DNA of 64,000 bases from a virus. The stretch lies in the IMG/VR virus record IMGVR_UViG_3300001567_000262, positions 69,336-133,335 of that record; one strand, written 5' to 3'. Shown here one piece after another: positions 39,001 through 46,874 of this stretch; position 1 is the stretch's first letter; each line of letters begins with the position of its first letter. A program made the position numbers and the translations under genes. Below the pieces are notes generated by a model. It was not told the DNA's origin and ran no database searches. It saw only the letters and a program-made list of their open reading frames with translations.

Positions 39001-40557
39001 GTTATCCAATTCAAACTGCGCCCCGATTCGGAAAAGAAACTGCTCGACGCGCTCGGTGAAAAAGGCAGCGCCATGAAAGGCCTCGCCACCGGAGACACGC
39101 TGCCCGAAGACACCTTCTACGACAAAATCCTGTCCGGCGCGAAAACCGTTAACCACCACGTGGACAGCGGCGATTTTAAATATAACGCGGACACGCTGGA
39201 TGAAATAAGGAAGATCATACCTGACCTTGAGAAGCTGGCGAAGTCGGGAAAAACGGCGTCCATCCGTGACATGGCCGAGGAATACAGAAAGGCATGCGAA
39301 GCCGTTCTGGATGCCGCAAAAAACAATACAAAGTTCCCCGGCAAGATCGAGCAGTACACCGCGAAAAAACATCTCATCGCACAAGAGGCGAAGCCGGAAC
39401 CGAAAAAAGCAGGCTTCCGCTTCCAGAAAACAAATATCAAACTGGACCAGCACCAGTGCCGCAACGGTGAAATCCACGTCGTCAAATCCGATGCGGATTT
39501 GAATGTGATCTTCGGACGGAGTTCTGGGTTCAGCCGGGGTGTGCAGTACCGGATCGAACTCGACGACGGCGTGGTCATGGACTACCGCCCATGGGACTCA
39601 TCCAATCCTTATGCCGTTCAGGGACAGGTGGAAATCCGCGTCACCGGCAAAGTCGCGGCCCCGGAACGGTTTGAGGCCATCCTCGACCGGCTCGATCAAC
39701 TCGGAATCAACTCCGTGCCCGCGAGCGCCGAGGACGCCGAGATCATGTACCTTCAGAAACAGGCATATCTTCTGAAGAAAGACACGTCCGCCGCGTGGAA
39801 AAAGATGGGACAGAAGATGGACTCATCGAACGCGACCAAGGCCGAGCGTATCCAGGCGATGCGGAAGTTCTGGTCGGATGAACTCGGCGTGGACGATGTG
39901 ACGAAAATACCCGGTTACGATCCGGTCGGAAATTATGAACTCGGATTCAGTGACCCTTCCCGGCGCGCGGGATACCGGCACCAGATGCGTTTTGATCTTA
40001 CGGACGAGATGCTGGATCGGGAACTGAAGGGATACGGGCTATATCACAACGTCACGGACAGCGGGAATGTCGAAGACCTCGTGAAGACGGTGCTCGATAA
40101 CAACGGCAACATGGTCTCGACCGTCGAGAAAATCCGCATCGGCGTGAAGCCGGGCGGCATGTCCCCGGTAAGCGACATGGGAACGGGCGGCGCGTCGTAC
40201 TTCTTCACCCGCGTTCGCAAGTTGCCTGTATCCGGTCGGGGAAGCACGGGCCTCTATTTCAAAAAGCGGCTCCTTCGCCGGATGGACGCTATCACTTACG
40301 ACCACGACGCGTTCGGCAAGGTTGTTGACGATTACGTTCGCCGCAAGCGTCTGGCGGGCATCGAGGATTACAAGCGGCTCGCTTCCGGAGGCCGCAGCGA
40401 CGAGACGATTTTCAAATACACTGTGTCGCTCGTGGATGAAATCGACGTCATCAAAACAAGCGGCGCGGCGCAACGCGCAAAGGTCATCGAACTGTTCAAG
40501 AAGAAAGGCTTCTCAAAACTGCCGGATGGCCGGAAGATAGAGGAAGTGGTGCTCTGA
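36007..40557 (+). CDS. MuF/SPP1-gp7-like minor head protein with HeH/SAP-like repeats, kinase-like domain and putative ADP-ribosyltransferase-like C-terminal domain
   Basis: RMEMIARTETLRAHNQG...VEWMAVGDERECPVCRELDG..F...PAHPHCRC (MuF); LGGAHEK, WLFKP, DWLISNHDAH..QF, GIDKG (kinase); SD GGAAGG before ATG 36007. Confidence 0.85.
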   Translation: MQAVAVEKTLRDRIVEATLVSLHERDLYSEQTVSRVLDSLQRSEKDVKASLLYYANLGSLPEGKAINQVSLRKLQQQIREHIRTVRDEHSLIMKTAVKESYRSGIHSGIGDLVRAQMPFYRDLTPDGIKQCGSNIFTLIDKDALDFMANYNVQLAGDVSRELTDGINRAIQTGIASGRSVPEIAKDIGRVVKDPEEFRKAGKTVFKTAQYRMEMIARTETLRAHNQGRMKFYNTVGVTKVEWMAVGDERECPVCRELDGKIFPIDKVPNIPAHPHCRCQILNAYPSDICGAKHLGATAAPAEAACILSPQTIEDMAKEKQSEAIKIGQYMSKGEWEKLTIKQLQDQAKANGISIARTKADFLDILKQKTGTDFSHLSGKDLQALIKENKIAALRNKDDLINLLKAKAKQEQAPDFASMPVSKLKELAQEKGISLNLTKQEVIDILDVLEPGVDHSGLSGQALIEAKTKFNLPILKTKEHLVKALEKNFKEEIGKKVTKEAVVQVAEETIKKEKDQIVSLLDAVKVSADPKDYQSVLSAIKDAESYLGKGGFSVDDAYLKEKASEIVKKKAEFKAKIQAMNSKELKDLAKQSKITHWQWGSKDDFIALFTETDDAAIQAAKDGIETKWAKWAEKYGKKPAAGVQAPPPKAPPKHTPQPAPEPVAPTVLQKPHADLSSGFAKVDSDWDTLDKAKAFKYSKDAKSLGGAHEKYTYIDEHGDEWLFKPTDKFIAHGEEMGYRIARLIDPDAVEVRFIEIDGRSGSIQRLVKNVKSEASFRDIPIGKLSPSEIEAVQREHILDWLISNHDAHAKQFVRAADDKVYGIDKGQTFKFLGKDKLGISYHPNSMEAEPIYNTLFRAYQNGEIDIDLQAALKTIQRIEKIPDSEYTEIIRPYIEGRFGAKASAAKDEFYRLALERKNNIRRDFEKFYNDLHKARFKAEFRFQDDVKTMRKLSGEDETILRDAQAMKGQGKAMRLDVDDIEDQNALVFTQKNMQGKEETVIQFKLRPDSEKKLLDALGEKGSAMKGLATGDTLPEDTFYDKILSGAKTVNHHVDSGDFKYNADTLDEIRKIIPDLEKLAKSGKTASIRDMAEEYRKACEAVLDAAKNNTKFPGKIEQYTAKKHLIAQEAKPEPKKAGFRFQKTNIKLDQHQCRNGEIHVVKSDADLNVIFGRSSGFSRGVQYRIELDDGVVMDYRPWDSSNPYAVQGQVEIRVTGKVAAPERFEAILDRLDQLGINSVPASAEDAEIMYLQKQAYLLKKDTSAAWKKMGQKMDSSNATKAERIQAMRKFWSDELGVDDVTKIPGYDPVGNYELGFSDPSRRAGYRHQMRFDLTDEMLDRELKGYGLYHNVTDSGNVEDLVKTVLDNNGNMVSTVEKIRIGVKPGGMSPVSDMGTGGASYFFTRVRKLPVSGRGSTGLYFKKRLLRRMDAITYDHDAFGKVVDDYVRRKRLAGIEDYKRLASGGRSDETIFKYTVSLVDEIDVIKTSGAAQRAKVIELFKKKGFSKLPDGRKIEEVVL

Positions 40558-41033
40558 TGCAGCAGGAACTCGAAGCCGTGAAACAAAAGATGCAGGAGAA
40601 GATCGACGGGATAACCGCGCCCGGGTCCGTTGTGGTTGTGGACATAGGAGGCTCTGATTCCGTCCGCATCCTCGTGGATCGGTTCGACATCCTGTTCGCC
40701 CGCCCCGTCATCGGCGCGGACGGCTCCGTTTCCGGCCATTACTACTGGGCCGTGTGTTTTGAAATGGGCTTCGATCAGGGCGGACCACAGAACGTCCGGC
40801 TGTTCAAGATGGAGAACGTCAAAGAGGAACGCTCCGACCTGTTTCGGTTCCGGGATCACCGCGGGTATTCTTGTTTCATCGAGACCATCGACGAGATCGA
40901 CGACGCCAAGAAAGCCGATTTCAAAAAGTGGCGGGAATACCGGAAACAGAATCAGAAGGCATTCGACAGGTTGTATCAGAATTTCACCGACGAGGCGATG
41001 GAAATGGCGCTCAACTGGGAGAAACCACTCTGA
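40557..41033 (+). CDS. Hypothetical protein, candidate immunity protein 1 for the MuF toxin
   Basis: TGATG overlap with the MuF stop; 158 aa, no motif recognised. Confidence 0.6.
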   Translation: MQQELEAVKQKMQEKIDGITAPGSVVVVDIGGSDSVRILVDRFDILFARPVIGADGSVSGHYYWAVCFEMGFDQGGPQNVRLFKMENVKEERSDLFRFRDHRGYSCFIETIDEIDDAKKADFKKWREYRKQNQKAFDRLYQNFTDEAMEMALNWEKPL

Positions 41034-41380
41034 TGAACATTTGCTATTTCATCGAATACAAACGTCCCGACCCGAATAAATGGGAGTTGATTCCTATCGG
41101 TGTCTGGGCGCACGGCGTGGATGACCGTTCAGCGTTTGAAGTCGGGTATGTGCCGGGCTTCGGTGCTGAGGAATGGGACGCCCAGTGTGTGGTGAACCGG
41201 ATCGTGGAACAGGGAATCAAGGAACTGCCGGAGGATTTCCTCGAACGTCACCGTGACGCCGTCCCCGTTTATCTCGGCTCGCGCACAAAGGCAATCGAAA
41301 CAGATAAGTATGGAAGCGTGACGGAACTCGTAAACGATCTGCTTGAGCAGATAAGGAAAGGAAAAATCAAAAATGCATAA
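41033..41380 (+). CDS. Hypothetical protein, candidate immunity protein 2
   Basis: TGATG overlap with previous gene; 115 aa from MNICYFIEY. Confidence 0.6.
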   Translation: MNICYFIEYKRPDPNKWELIPIGVWAHGVDDRSAFEVGYVPGFGAEEWDAQCVVNRIVEQGIKELPEDFLERHRDAVPVYLGSRTKAIETDKYGSVTELVNDLLEQIRKGKIKNA

Positions 41381-41519
41381 AATCATCGCTTTCCTTCAGA
41401 AGCTGCTCACGGAGCGTTTTTACGGACAGGTCGTGTTCCGGTTTGAGAACGGAAAAATCACGCATGTGGAAAAAATAAAAACGGAAGCGAAATGGGAGTT
41501 TAAGAACTTGCCGGAATAA
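41373..41519 (+). CDS. Small DUF2292/YezD-like protein
   Basis: 48 aa, MHKIIAFLQKLLTERFYGQVVFRFENGKITHVEK; not in the supplied ORF track; the YG.V...F.NGKI..VE pattern is typical of the family. Confidence 0.65.
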   Translation: MHKIIAFLQKLLTERFYGQVVFRFENGKITHVEKIKTEAKWEFKNLPE

Positions 41520-41533
41520 CTTAACGAAAAATT

Positions 41534-41635
41534 CAGTCCGGAAGTATTGAAAGCCGAGCCCGGTAAGTAAGTCCGGAAGCGTCGGCCCAAGCCCGGTAAC
41601 AAGCGAGAGATCGCATGTTGCCGGGCTTTTTATTT
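41534..41635 (+). promoter_or_regulatory. Structured repeated cis-element copy 1, ending in a terminator-like hairpin
   Basis: CAGTCCGGxAGTATTGA...CGAGCCCGGTAA...AAGCCCGGTAA(41589-99)...TTGCCGGGCTT(41618-28)TTTATTT; second copy at 52313. Confidence 0.7.
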
Positions 41636-41652
41636 TCCCGCGAGGTGTACGA

Positions 41653-44600
41653 ATGGAAATCGAATTCAAAACAGACCTTGAGAGAATCAGCTTCCTTCTC
41701 GAAGCAGACGCCGAACTGCGTCTCGGACTTCTCGCCGCCGAGGGCAAGCTGGAACTCGTCACCGAGGAACTGCCCGCTGATGAGCGCCCGAAGTATATCA
41801 CCAACTTCATCGGCTCGAAGCAGAAACTCGTCGACTGGATATGGAGCAACACTCCCGAAGACGCGGAATCCGTCCTCGACGCGTTTTCCGGCTCGTCCGT
41901 CGTCGGCTACATGTACAAAACCAAGGGGCTGCAGGTCTTTTCCAACGACCGGCTGTCCTACTGCTATCATGCCGCCCGCGCCATAGTCGAGAACAACAAC
42001 ACCCGCCTTTCTGAAAAGGACATCGAGGGGCTTCTCAAAGATCACAACTCCGACGCCGGGACATTCATCCAGAAAAACTTTCACGGCATTTTCTTCAAGA
42101 ATGACGTCCTCGCGCTCCTGGACGTGCTTCGCGCCAACATCGACGCGTTGTCCGGCACCCAAAAAAGCATGGCGCTTTTCGCGCTGGGCAAGACGTGCAT
42201 GTCCGGCGGCGGGTTCGGGCATTTCTCGTCCAGCACAAAAGGCGGACAGCGGCACTACACCGTCGAGAGTTTTATTGAGCATTACCGGGACAACCTGCTC
42301 CGCATCAACGCGCTCGTTTTCGACAACGGCAAGGAGAACAAAGCGTTCAACGGCGACATCCTCGACACCGCCCCGAAAGTCAAAGCCGATCTTGTCTATT
42401 TCGATCCCCCGTATGCCACGCAGTTCAGTTCCACGAACTACGAGAAGTATTACCACTTCGTGGAAGGCTTGATGGATTACTGGAAGGACAAGGAAATAGA
42501 CCACACAAAAAAAATCCGCAATTACAAAATCGAAGACCCCGGCGTAACACCCGTGACCGCGAAACAGTTCTTCACGGATTTCCTCGCCGCGTCGAAACAC
42601 ATCCCGAACTGGCTTATCTCCTACCGCGACAACGCATATCCGACCGAGTCCGAGATCAAGGGGATCGTCGCCGACCTCGGCAAAGAGTCCCGCATGAAAT
42701 CGAAAGATCACAAATATCAGCTCGCGGGCAACAACCGCGGGGGCGAGCCCTCGAACGCGAAAGAGCGGCTCTTTGTGTGCGCCGATGAAAGTGAAGACGC
42801 CGCGCAACTGTCCGCCGCCGCCAACATGGAGGACATCGCCGACCTGTCTCTCGACGCCGACTTTGATCCCGATCTTCTGAGCGCCATCGCGGGCAAGACG
42901 GACAACGTACTCGTGACCGGATATATCGGGAACAAACACTTCGTAATGAACTGGATAGACAAGAACTTCCCGAAGGACGCCAAGTCTCTTTTTGATGCTT
43001 TTTCCGGCGGCGCTAACGTCGCCTACTTCTACAAGCGCAAGGGGCTGCGGGTAACGACCAACGACATCATGTCCTACCCGTACCACATCGCCCGCGCCGT
43101 CATCGAGAACAACAACGAGACCCTCTCCGACGAGGAATTCGCCGCTCTGCTAGAGAAAAACCCCGACGCCGGAACTTTCATAACCGATACCTTCTACGGC
43201 TATTACTACACGAAGCCGATCCTCCAGCTTCTCGACAACGTCTGGGCAAACGCCCAGAAACTGAAGGGATACAAAAAAGACATCGCGCTCGCCGCGCTCG
43301 GACACACCTGCAAGGCAAAGGCCGTGTTCGGGATGTTCAACCGCAGCAAGATGAACCGGACGCGGAAGATCAACGATCTTGACGAGGGCTATCACTCTTC
43401 GAGCATCGGCAACATCCCGCTTTCGGAATTTGTCTCGTCCTTCAAAAAATACGTTCGTCAAATCAACGGTCTCATCTATGACAACGGGCAGGAGAACAAG
43501 GCGCACAACGGGGACATTCTGAAAATCCTGCCGGAAGTGAAAGCCGACGTCATTTACTGCGACCCGCCTTATATCACTGAATTTGGCAGCAACGATTACG
43601 AGACCTACTACCACTTCGTGGAAGGTCTCATGACGTGCTGGAAGGACAAGGAACTTTTCGACTCTCCCCGACGCAACTTCGCGTCACGCACCAAGTACAA
43701 CAAGGAGAGCATTGCTGAACTGATCGGCAATGTCGTAACAGCGGCGGCAAAGAGGTTTCCGCACATTCTCATCAGTTACCGGGACAAGGCGTTCCCGAAC
43801 GAGAAGGAACTCAAGGGCATGGTCGCAGAGTCCTTCGGCGACGTCAGAGTGAAACGCATCGCCACGGAATACGGCCTCGTCAGACGCGAATCCAACGCGG
43901 GCGGCAAATATACGAACGAGCTTCTGTTCATCGGGAAAAAGACCGCCTCAGGCGCTGTCGCTGGCGCGGCCAAGGCCGAGCGCGAAGATGACGACATCCT
44001 CGAGGCTGTTGCCGCTTCCGTCCCGAACGGAAACCACACGACCGTCATCGGCGACATCCGGCTCTCCGAAGTGAACCTGCTCGCAGCCGAAGGAATCAGC
44101 CTGTCCGACAACAACGTCCAGGGCGACAAGGAATTCAGTTTCATCCTCACGCACGCGGGTCCGAACAAGAACGGCGATTTCTTCACGGTAGAGGAACTCT
44201 CCGCACGTCATCAAACAGCGATCAATAAAAAGATTGACCTCAAGCACTCGCAGGACTTCACGGACATCGTGGGCGGCGTCACAGCGAGTGACTTCGTGCA
44301 GGAGCCGGACAAAGCGTGGGTGGAATGCGTCGGGGAACTCTACATCAACGACAACATCAATTCGCGCCTCGCTTACAAGCTGATCAAGAAAGGCATCATC
44401 ACGCAGGTCTCGATGGAGTGCGATTACGAGGAAGGCGAATGCTCGATCTGCGGCAAGCGCGTGCGCAGCAAGGCGGACTACTGTCTGCATCTGAAGAAAT
44501 TCAAGGGAGGTGAGTTCAAAGGACAGCCGGTTTACGAAATTCTCCACGGCATCACTTTCACCGGTCTGGGACTTCTGGACCGCAAGGGCGCCGACGAGAA

Positions 44601-45222
44601 CGCAAAAATAAAGCAGGTTGCGGAAAAACATACCAATGAAGGAGGTAACGACAGAATGGACGGAGAAAACAAGAATCCCGAAACCGATGAAACCGAGGCG
44701 GCGAAGAAAAACGCGCCCGGTGGCGGCGGTGGCAATGACGCCCGCGTCAAGGAACTCGAGAAGGAGAACAAAGACCTGAAGGATCAGCTCGATCTGCTCC
44801 AGAAGGAACTGGACAAGATCAACGCGGAACAGGCGGCTGCCGCGCGCCGGACCCGCGCCGAAAAACTTGTCCTCGAGATGGAGAACCGGGGCGTCGATTT
44901 CGCGGACGAGGAAGACCGCGAAAGTGAGAGGAAACGGATCGCCGGGCTCGGCGATGATGCGTTCGAAGCGACCGAAGCCGCGGTCAAGCGCGTCAAGAAG
45001 AAAGACCCGAAAGCCGATCCGAACGCCGACATGAAACCGGAAGACAAGGAGAAGGACAAGAAGCTCCCGGCCAACAAAGGCAAGGCGGACTGCGGCTGCG
45101 GCATGAGCGCGGACGCGAGCGTGAGGCCCGCCGATGTGCAGGACGGAAAAGTGCCTCTCGAAGACCAACTGAAAGACGGCTTCATGGCGGCGTACAACGA
45201 GCGCGTCGGCGCTGCCAACTGA
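41653..45222 (+). CDS. Polyprotein: two tandem D12-class N6-adenine DNA methyltransferases + prohead protease + scaffold
   Basis: MTase 1: NFIGSKQKL, VLDAFSG, VYFDPPY; MTase 2: GYIGNKH, LFDAFSG, IYCDPPY; protease-like: FILTHAG.NKNGDFF...IDLKH...VSMEC....CSICG...YC.HL...FTGLGLL...GAD..A.I; acidic/basic coiled-coil tail; located directly before decoration and capsid genes. Confidence 0.85.
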   Translation: MEIEFKTDLERISFLLEADAELRLGLLAAEGKLELVTEELPADERPKYITNFIGSKQKLVDWIWSNTPEDAESVLDAFSGSSVVGYMYKTKGLQVFSNDRLSYCYHAARAIVENNNTRLSEKDIEGLLKDHNSDAGTFIQKNFHGIFFKNDVLALLDVLRANIDALSGTQKSMALFALGKTCMSGGGFGHFSSSTKGGQRHYTVESFIEHYRDNLLRINALVFDNGKENKAFNGDILDTAPKVKADLVYFDPPYATQFSSTNYEKYYHFVEGLMDYWKDKEIDHTKKIRNYKIEDPGVTPVTAKQFFTDFLAASKHIPNWLISYRDNAYPTESEIKGIVADLGKESRMKSKDHKYQLAGNNRGGEPSNAKERLFVCADESEDAAQLSAAANMEDIADLSLDADFDPDLLSAIAGKTDNVLVTGYIGNKHFVMNWIDKNFPKDAKSLFDAFSGGANVAYFYKRKGLRVTTNDIMSYPYHIARAVIENNNETLSDEEFAALLEKNPDAGTFITDTFYGYYYTKPILQLLDNVWANAQKLKGYKKDIALAALGHTCKAKAVFGMFNRSKMNRTRKINDLDEGYHSSSIGNIPLSEFVSSFKKYVRQINGLIYDNGQENKAHNGDILKILPEVKADVIYCDPPYITEFGSNDYETYYHFVEGLMTCWKDKELFDSPRRNFASRTKYNKESIAELIGNVVTAAAKRFPHILISYRDKAFPNEKELKGMVAESFGDVRVKRIATEYGLVRRESNAGGKYTNELLFIGKKTASGAVAGAAKAEREDDDILEAVAASVPNGNHTTVIGDIRLSEVNLLAAEGISLSDNNVQGDKEFSFILTHAGPNKNGDFFTVEELSARHQTAINKKIDLKHSQDFTDIVGGVTASDFVQEPDKAWVECVGELYINDNINSRLAYKLIKKGIITQVSMECDYEEGECSICGKRVRSKADYCLHLKKFKGGEFKGQPVYEILHGITFTGLGLLDRKGADENAKIKQVAEKHTNEGGNDRMDGENKNPETDETEAAKKNAPGGGGGNDARVKELEKENKDLKDQLDLLQKELDKINAEQAAAARRTRAEKLVLEMENRGVDFADEEDRESERKRIAGLGDDAFEATEAAVKRVKKKDPKADPNADMKPEDKEKDKKLPANKGKADCGCGMSADASVRPADVQDGKVPLEDQLKDGFMAAYNERVGAAN

Positions 45223-45254
45223 AAAAAAAGAAAGGAAAACGGAGGTAACCCATC

Positions 45255-45614
45255 ATGGCATATCTCAATGCAAACCATCCCGGCCTCGCCTACGGCGACG
45301 GATACATCCAGGGCGCGGGCGGCATGGGGCAGTTCGTGAAGGCGGTCGGCAACGACACCTTCGCGGTGAACACCGATCCGGCGGTCCCGTCCGCGGGCGT
45401 CCTGATGAAGGACTACGTCGACGGCGAAATGCCCACATTCTGGTGCAACGGCGGCGTGTACGAGACCGACGTGTTCAGCGGCACGATCAACCCGAACGAG
45501 CTTCTGAAGATCGACGGAACCGGCAAACTCGTCGGCGGCGGCACGAGCGCCAACGCGGTCGCCCAGGCGATCAGCGTGGCCGGCGGACTTCTGAAATTCA
45601 AACTGCTCGTTTAA
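45255..45614 (+). CDS. Head decoration/cement protein
   Basis: 119 aa, Gly-rich beta protein between scaffold and capsid genes; GGAGGT SD. Confidence 0.6.
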   Translation: MAYLNANHPGLAYGDGYIQGAGGMGQFVKAVGNDTFAVNTDPAVPSAGVLMKDYVDGEMPTFWCNGGVYETDVFSGTINPNELLKIDGTGKLVGGGTSANAVAQAISVAGGLLKFKLLV

Positions 45615-45641
45615 CCCAAAAGGAAGGAGGAACAACCCAGC

Positions 45642-46505
45642 ATGGAAACGAAAAAGGTCAACACGAACTCGCAGGAGTTCATGGAAGCGATGGGCAAGCT
45701 GATGCGCGAGGCGCTGGAATCGCCCGAGGGCATGAGGGCGCTCGCGGCCGCCATCGCCGCGCCCATCGCGGCTGACATCGCACGCAAGGAAATCACCTCG
45801 CTTCTGCTCACGAAGCACAACCTGCCCAAAGGCGAGCGCGCCGTCTATCAGAAGAAACCGGCTCTGAAGGCGTACTGGATTTCGAAGGAAGGCGAAGCGC
45901 GGGAGCAGGAAATCGGCAAGGACGAGATCGAAATCCCGACGCACCGCGTCCACAGCGCCCCGATGGTCGACATTTCAATCCTCAAGCATGGCAACATCGG
46001 CACGCTCACGGACATCCAGACGGCGTCCTCGGATGAAATCCGCAAGGAGATCGACAAGCGCACGATCACGGTCATCTCCACCGCCGTGCCCGCCGAGAAC
46101 GTTGTCACTATCTCCGGCGGTGTTCTGACCGAGGACAGCCTCAACGACGCCATCAGCATCCTCGAAGACAAGGAACTGACCGTGAAGTACATCGTGCTTC
46201 GCGGGAAACGCTTCAATGAGATGCGGGCGTGGGATCTCGACCCGGTCACCCAGCTCGAACTGCGCCAGAAAGGCATCATCAAGGTGTACGGCGGCGCGAA
46301 CGTGCTGCTTACCTCGGCGGCGGACGTGAATGAAATCCTTCTCATCCCCGACGAGGAAATCGGCAAGATGCCCATCCGCGAGCCGCTCACGGCGGAAGCC
46401 ATCGACAAGAAACTCAAATTCAAAACCGGCTGGCTCATCTGGAGCGAACTCGGCATGGGCGTCACCCGCCCGGACATCGTCTCCAAGGTCGTCATACAGC
46501 CGTAA
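45642..46505 (+). CDS. Major capsid protein (HK97 fold)
   Basis: 287 aa after protease/decoration genes; EIRKEIDKRTITVI (backbone helix), KTGWLIWSELGMGVTRPD C-terminal strand; AGGAGG SD. Confidence 0.75.
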   Translation: METKKVNTNSQEFMEAMGKLMREALESPEGMRALAAAIAAPIAADIARKEITSLLLTKHNLPKGERAVYQKKPALKAYWISKEGEAREQEIGKDEIEIPTHRVHSAPMVDISILKHGNIGTLTDIQTASSDEIRKEIDKRTITVISTAVPAENVVTISGGVLTEDSLNDAISILEDKELTVKYIVLRGKRFNEMRAWDLDPVTQLELRQKGIIKVYGGANVLLTSAADVNEILLIPDEEIGKMPIREPLTAEAIDKKLKFKTGWLIWSELGMGVTRPDIVSKVVIQP

Positions 46506-46520
46506 GCGGAGGAGGAACGC

Positions 46521-46874
46521 ATGGTCAAGATCAGAAATCTCACACCGGGCATCCTGCACATCCCCGCCGCGAAACTGCGCCTGCAGGGGCACGCGGTCAC
46601 GGATGCGCCGGAGATCACGCCCGACATTCAGAAGCAGATCGACGCGGGCCGCATCGCGGTCGTCACGGACGGGGAAGATGTGAAAGCGCCCGCGCCAAAG
46701 CTGCCTGAGCAGCCCGCGGATTTCGACAAGCTGGACGAGCAGGACGCCATCGAGTACGTCGAGGACGAGACCGACCCGAAGGTGATCCAGTCCATTCTTC
46801 AAACCGAACAGCGCGGCGGCGTCATCGACGCGCTCAAGGGACGCCTGAAGGAGATCGGTGATGCTCGCAAGTGA
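46521..46874 (+). CDS. Hypothetical virion protein with C-terminal helical (Rho-N/HeH-like) segment
   Basis: 117 aa after MCP, GGAGGAGG SD. Confidence 0.55.
   Translation: MVKIRNLTPGILHIPAAKLRLQGHAVTDAPEITPDIQKQIDAGRIAVVTDGEDVKAPAPKLPEQPADFDKLDEQDAIEYVEDETDPKVIQSILQTEQRGGVIDALKGRLKEIGDARK

Noticed and set aside
41533-43086. Long antisense ORFs over the phage genes (for example 41533-43086, 43948-45168, 53708-55309, 38362-39477)
   Set aside because: They mirror strongly GC3-biased sense genes, have no SD or recognisable motifs, and are the expected shadow ORFs.
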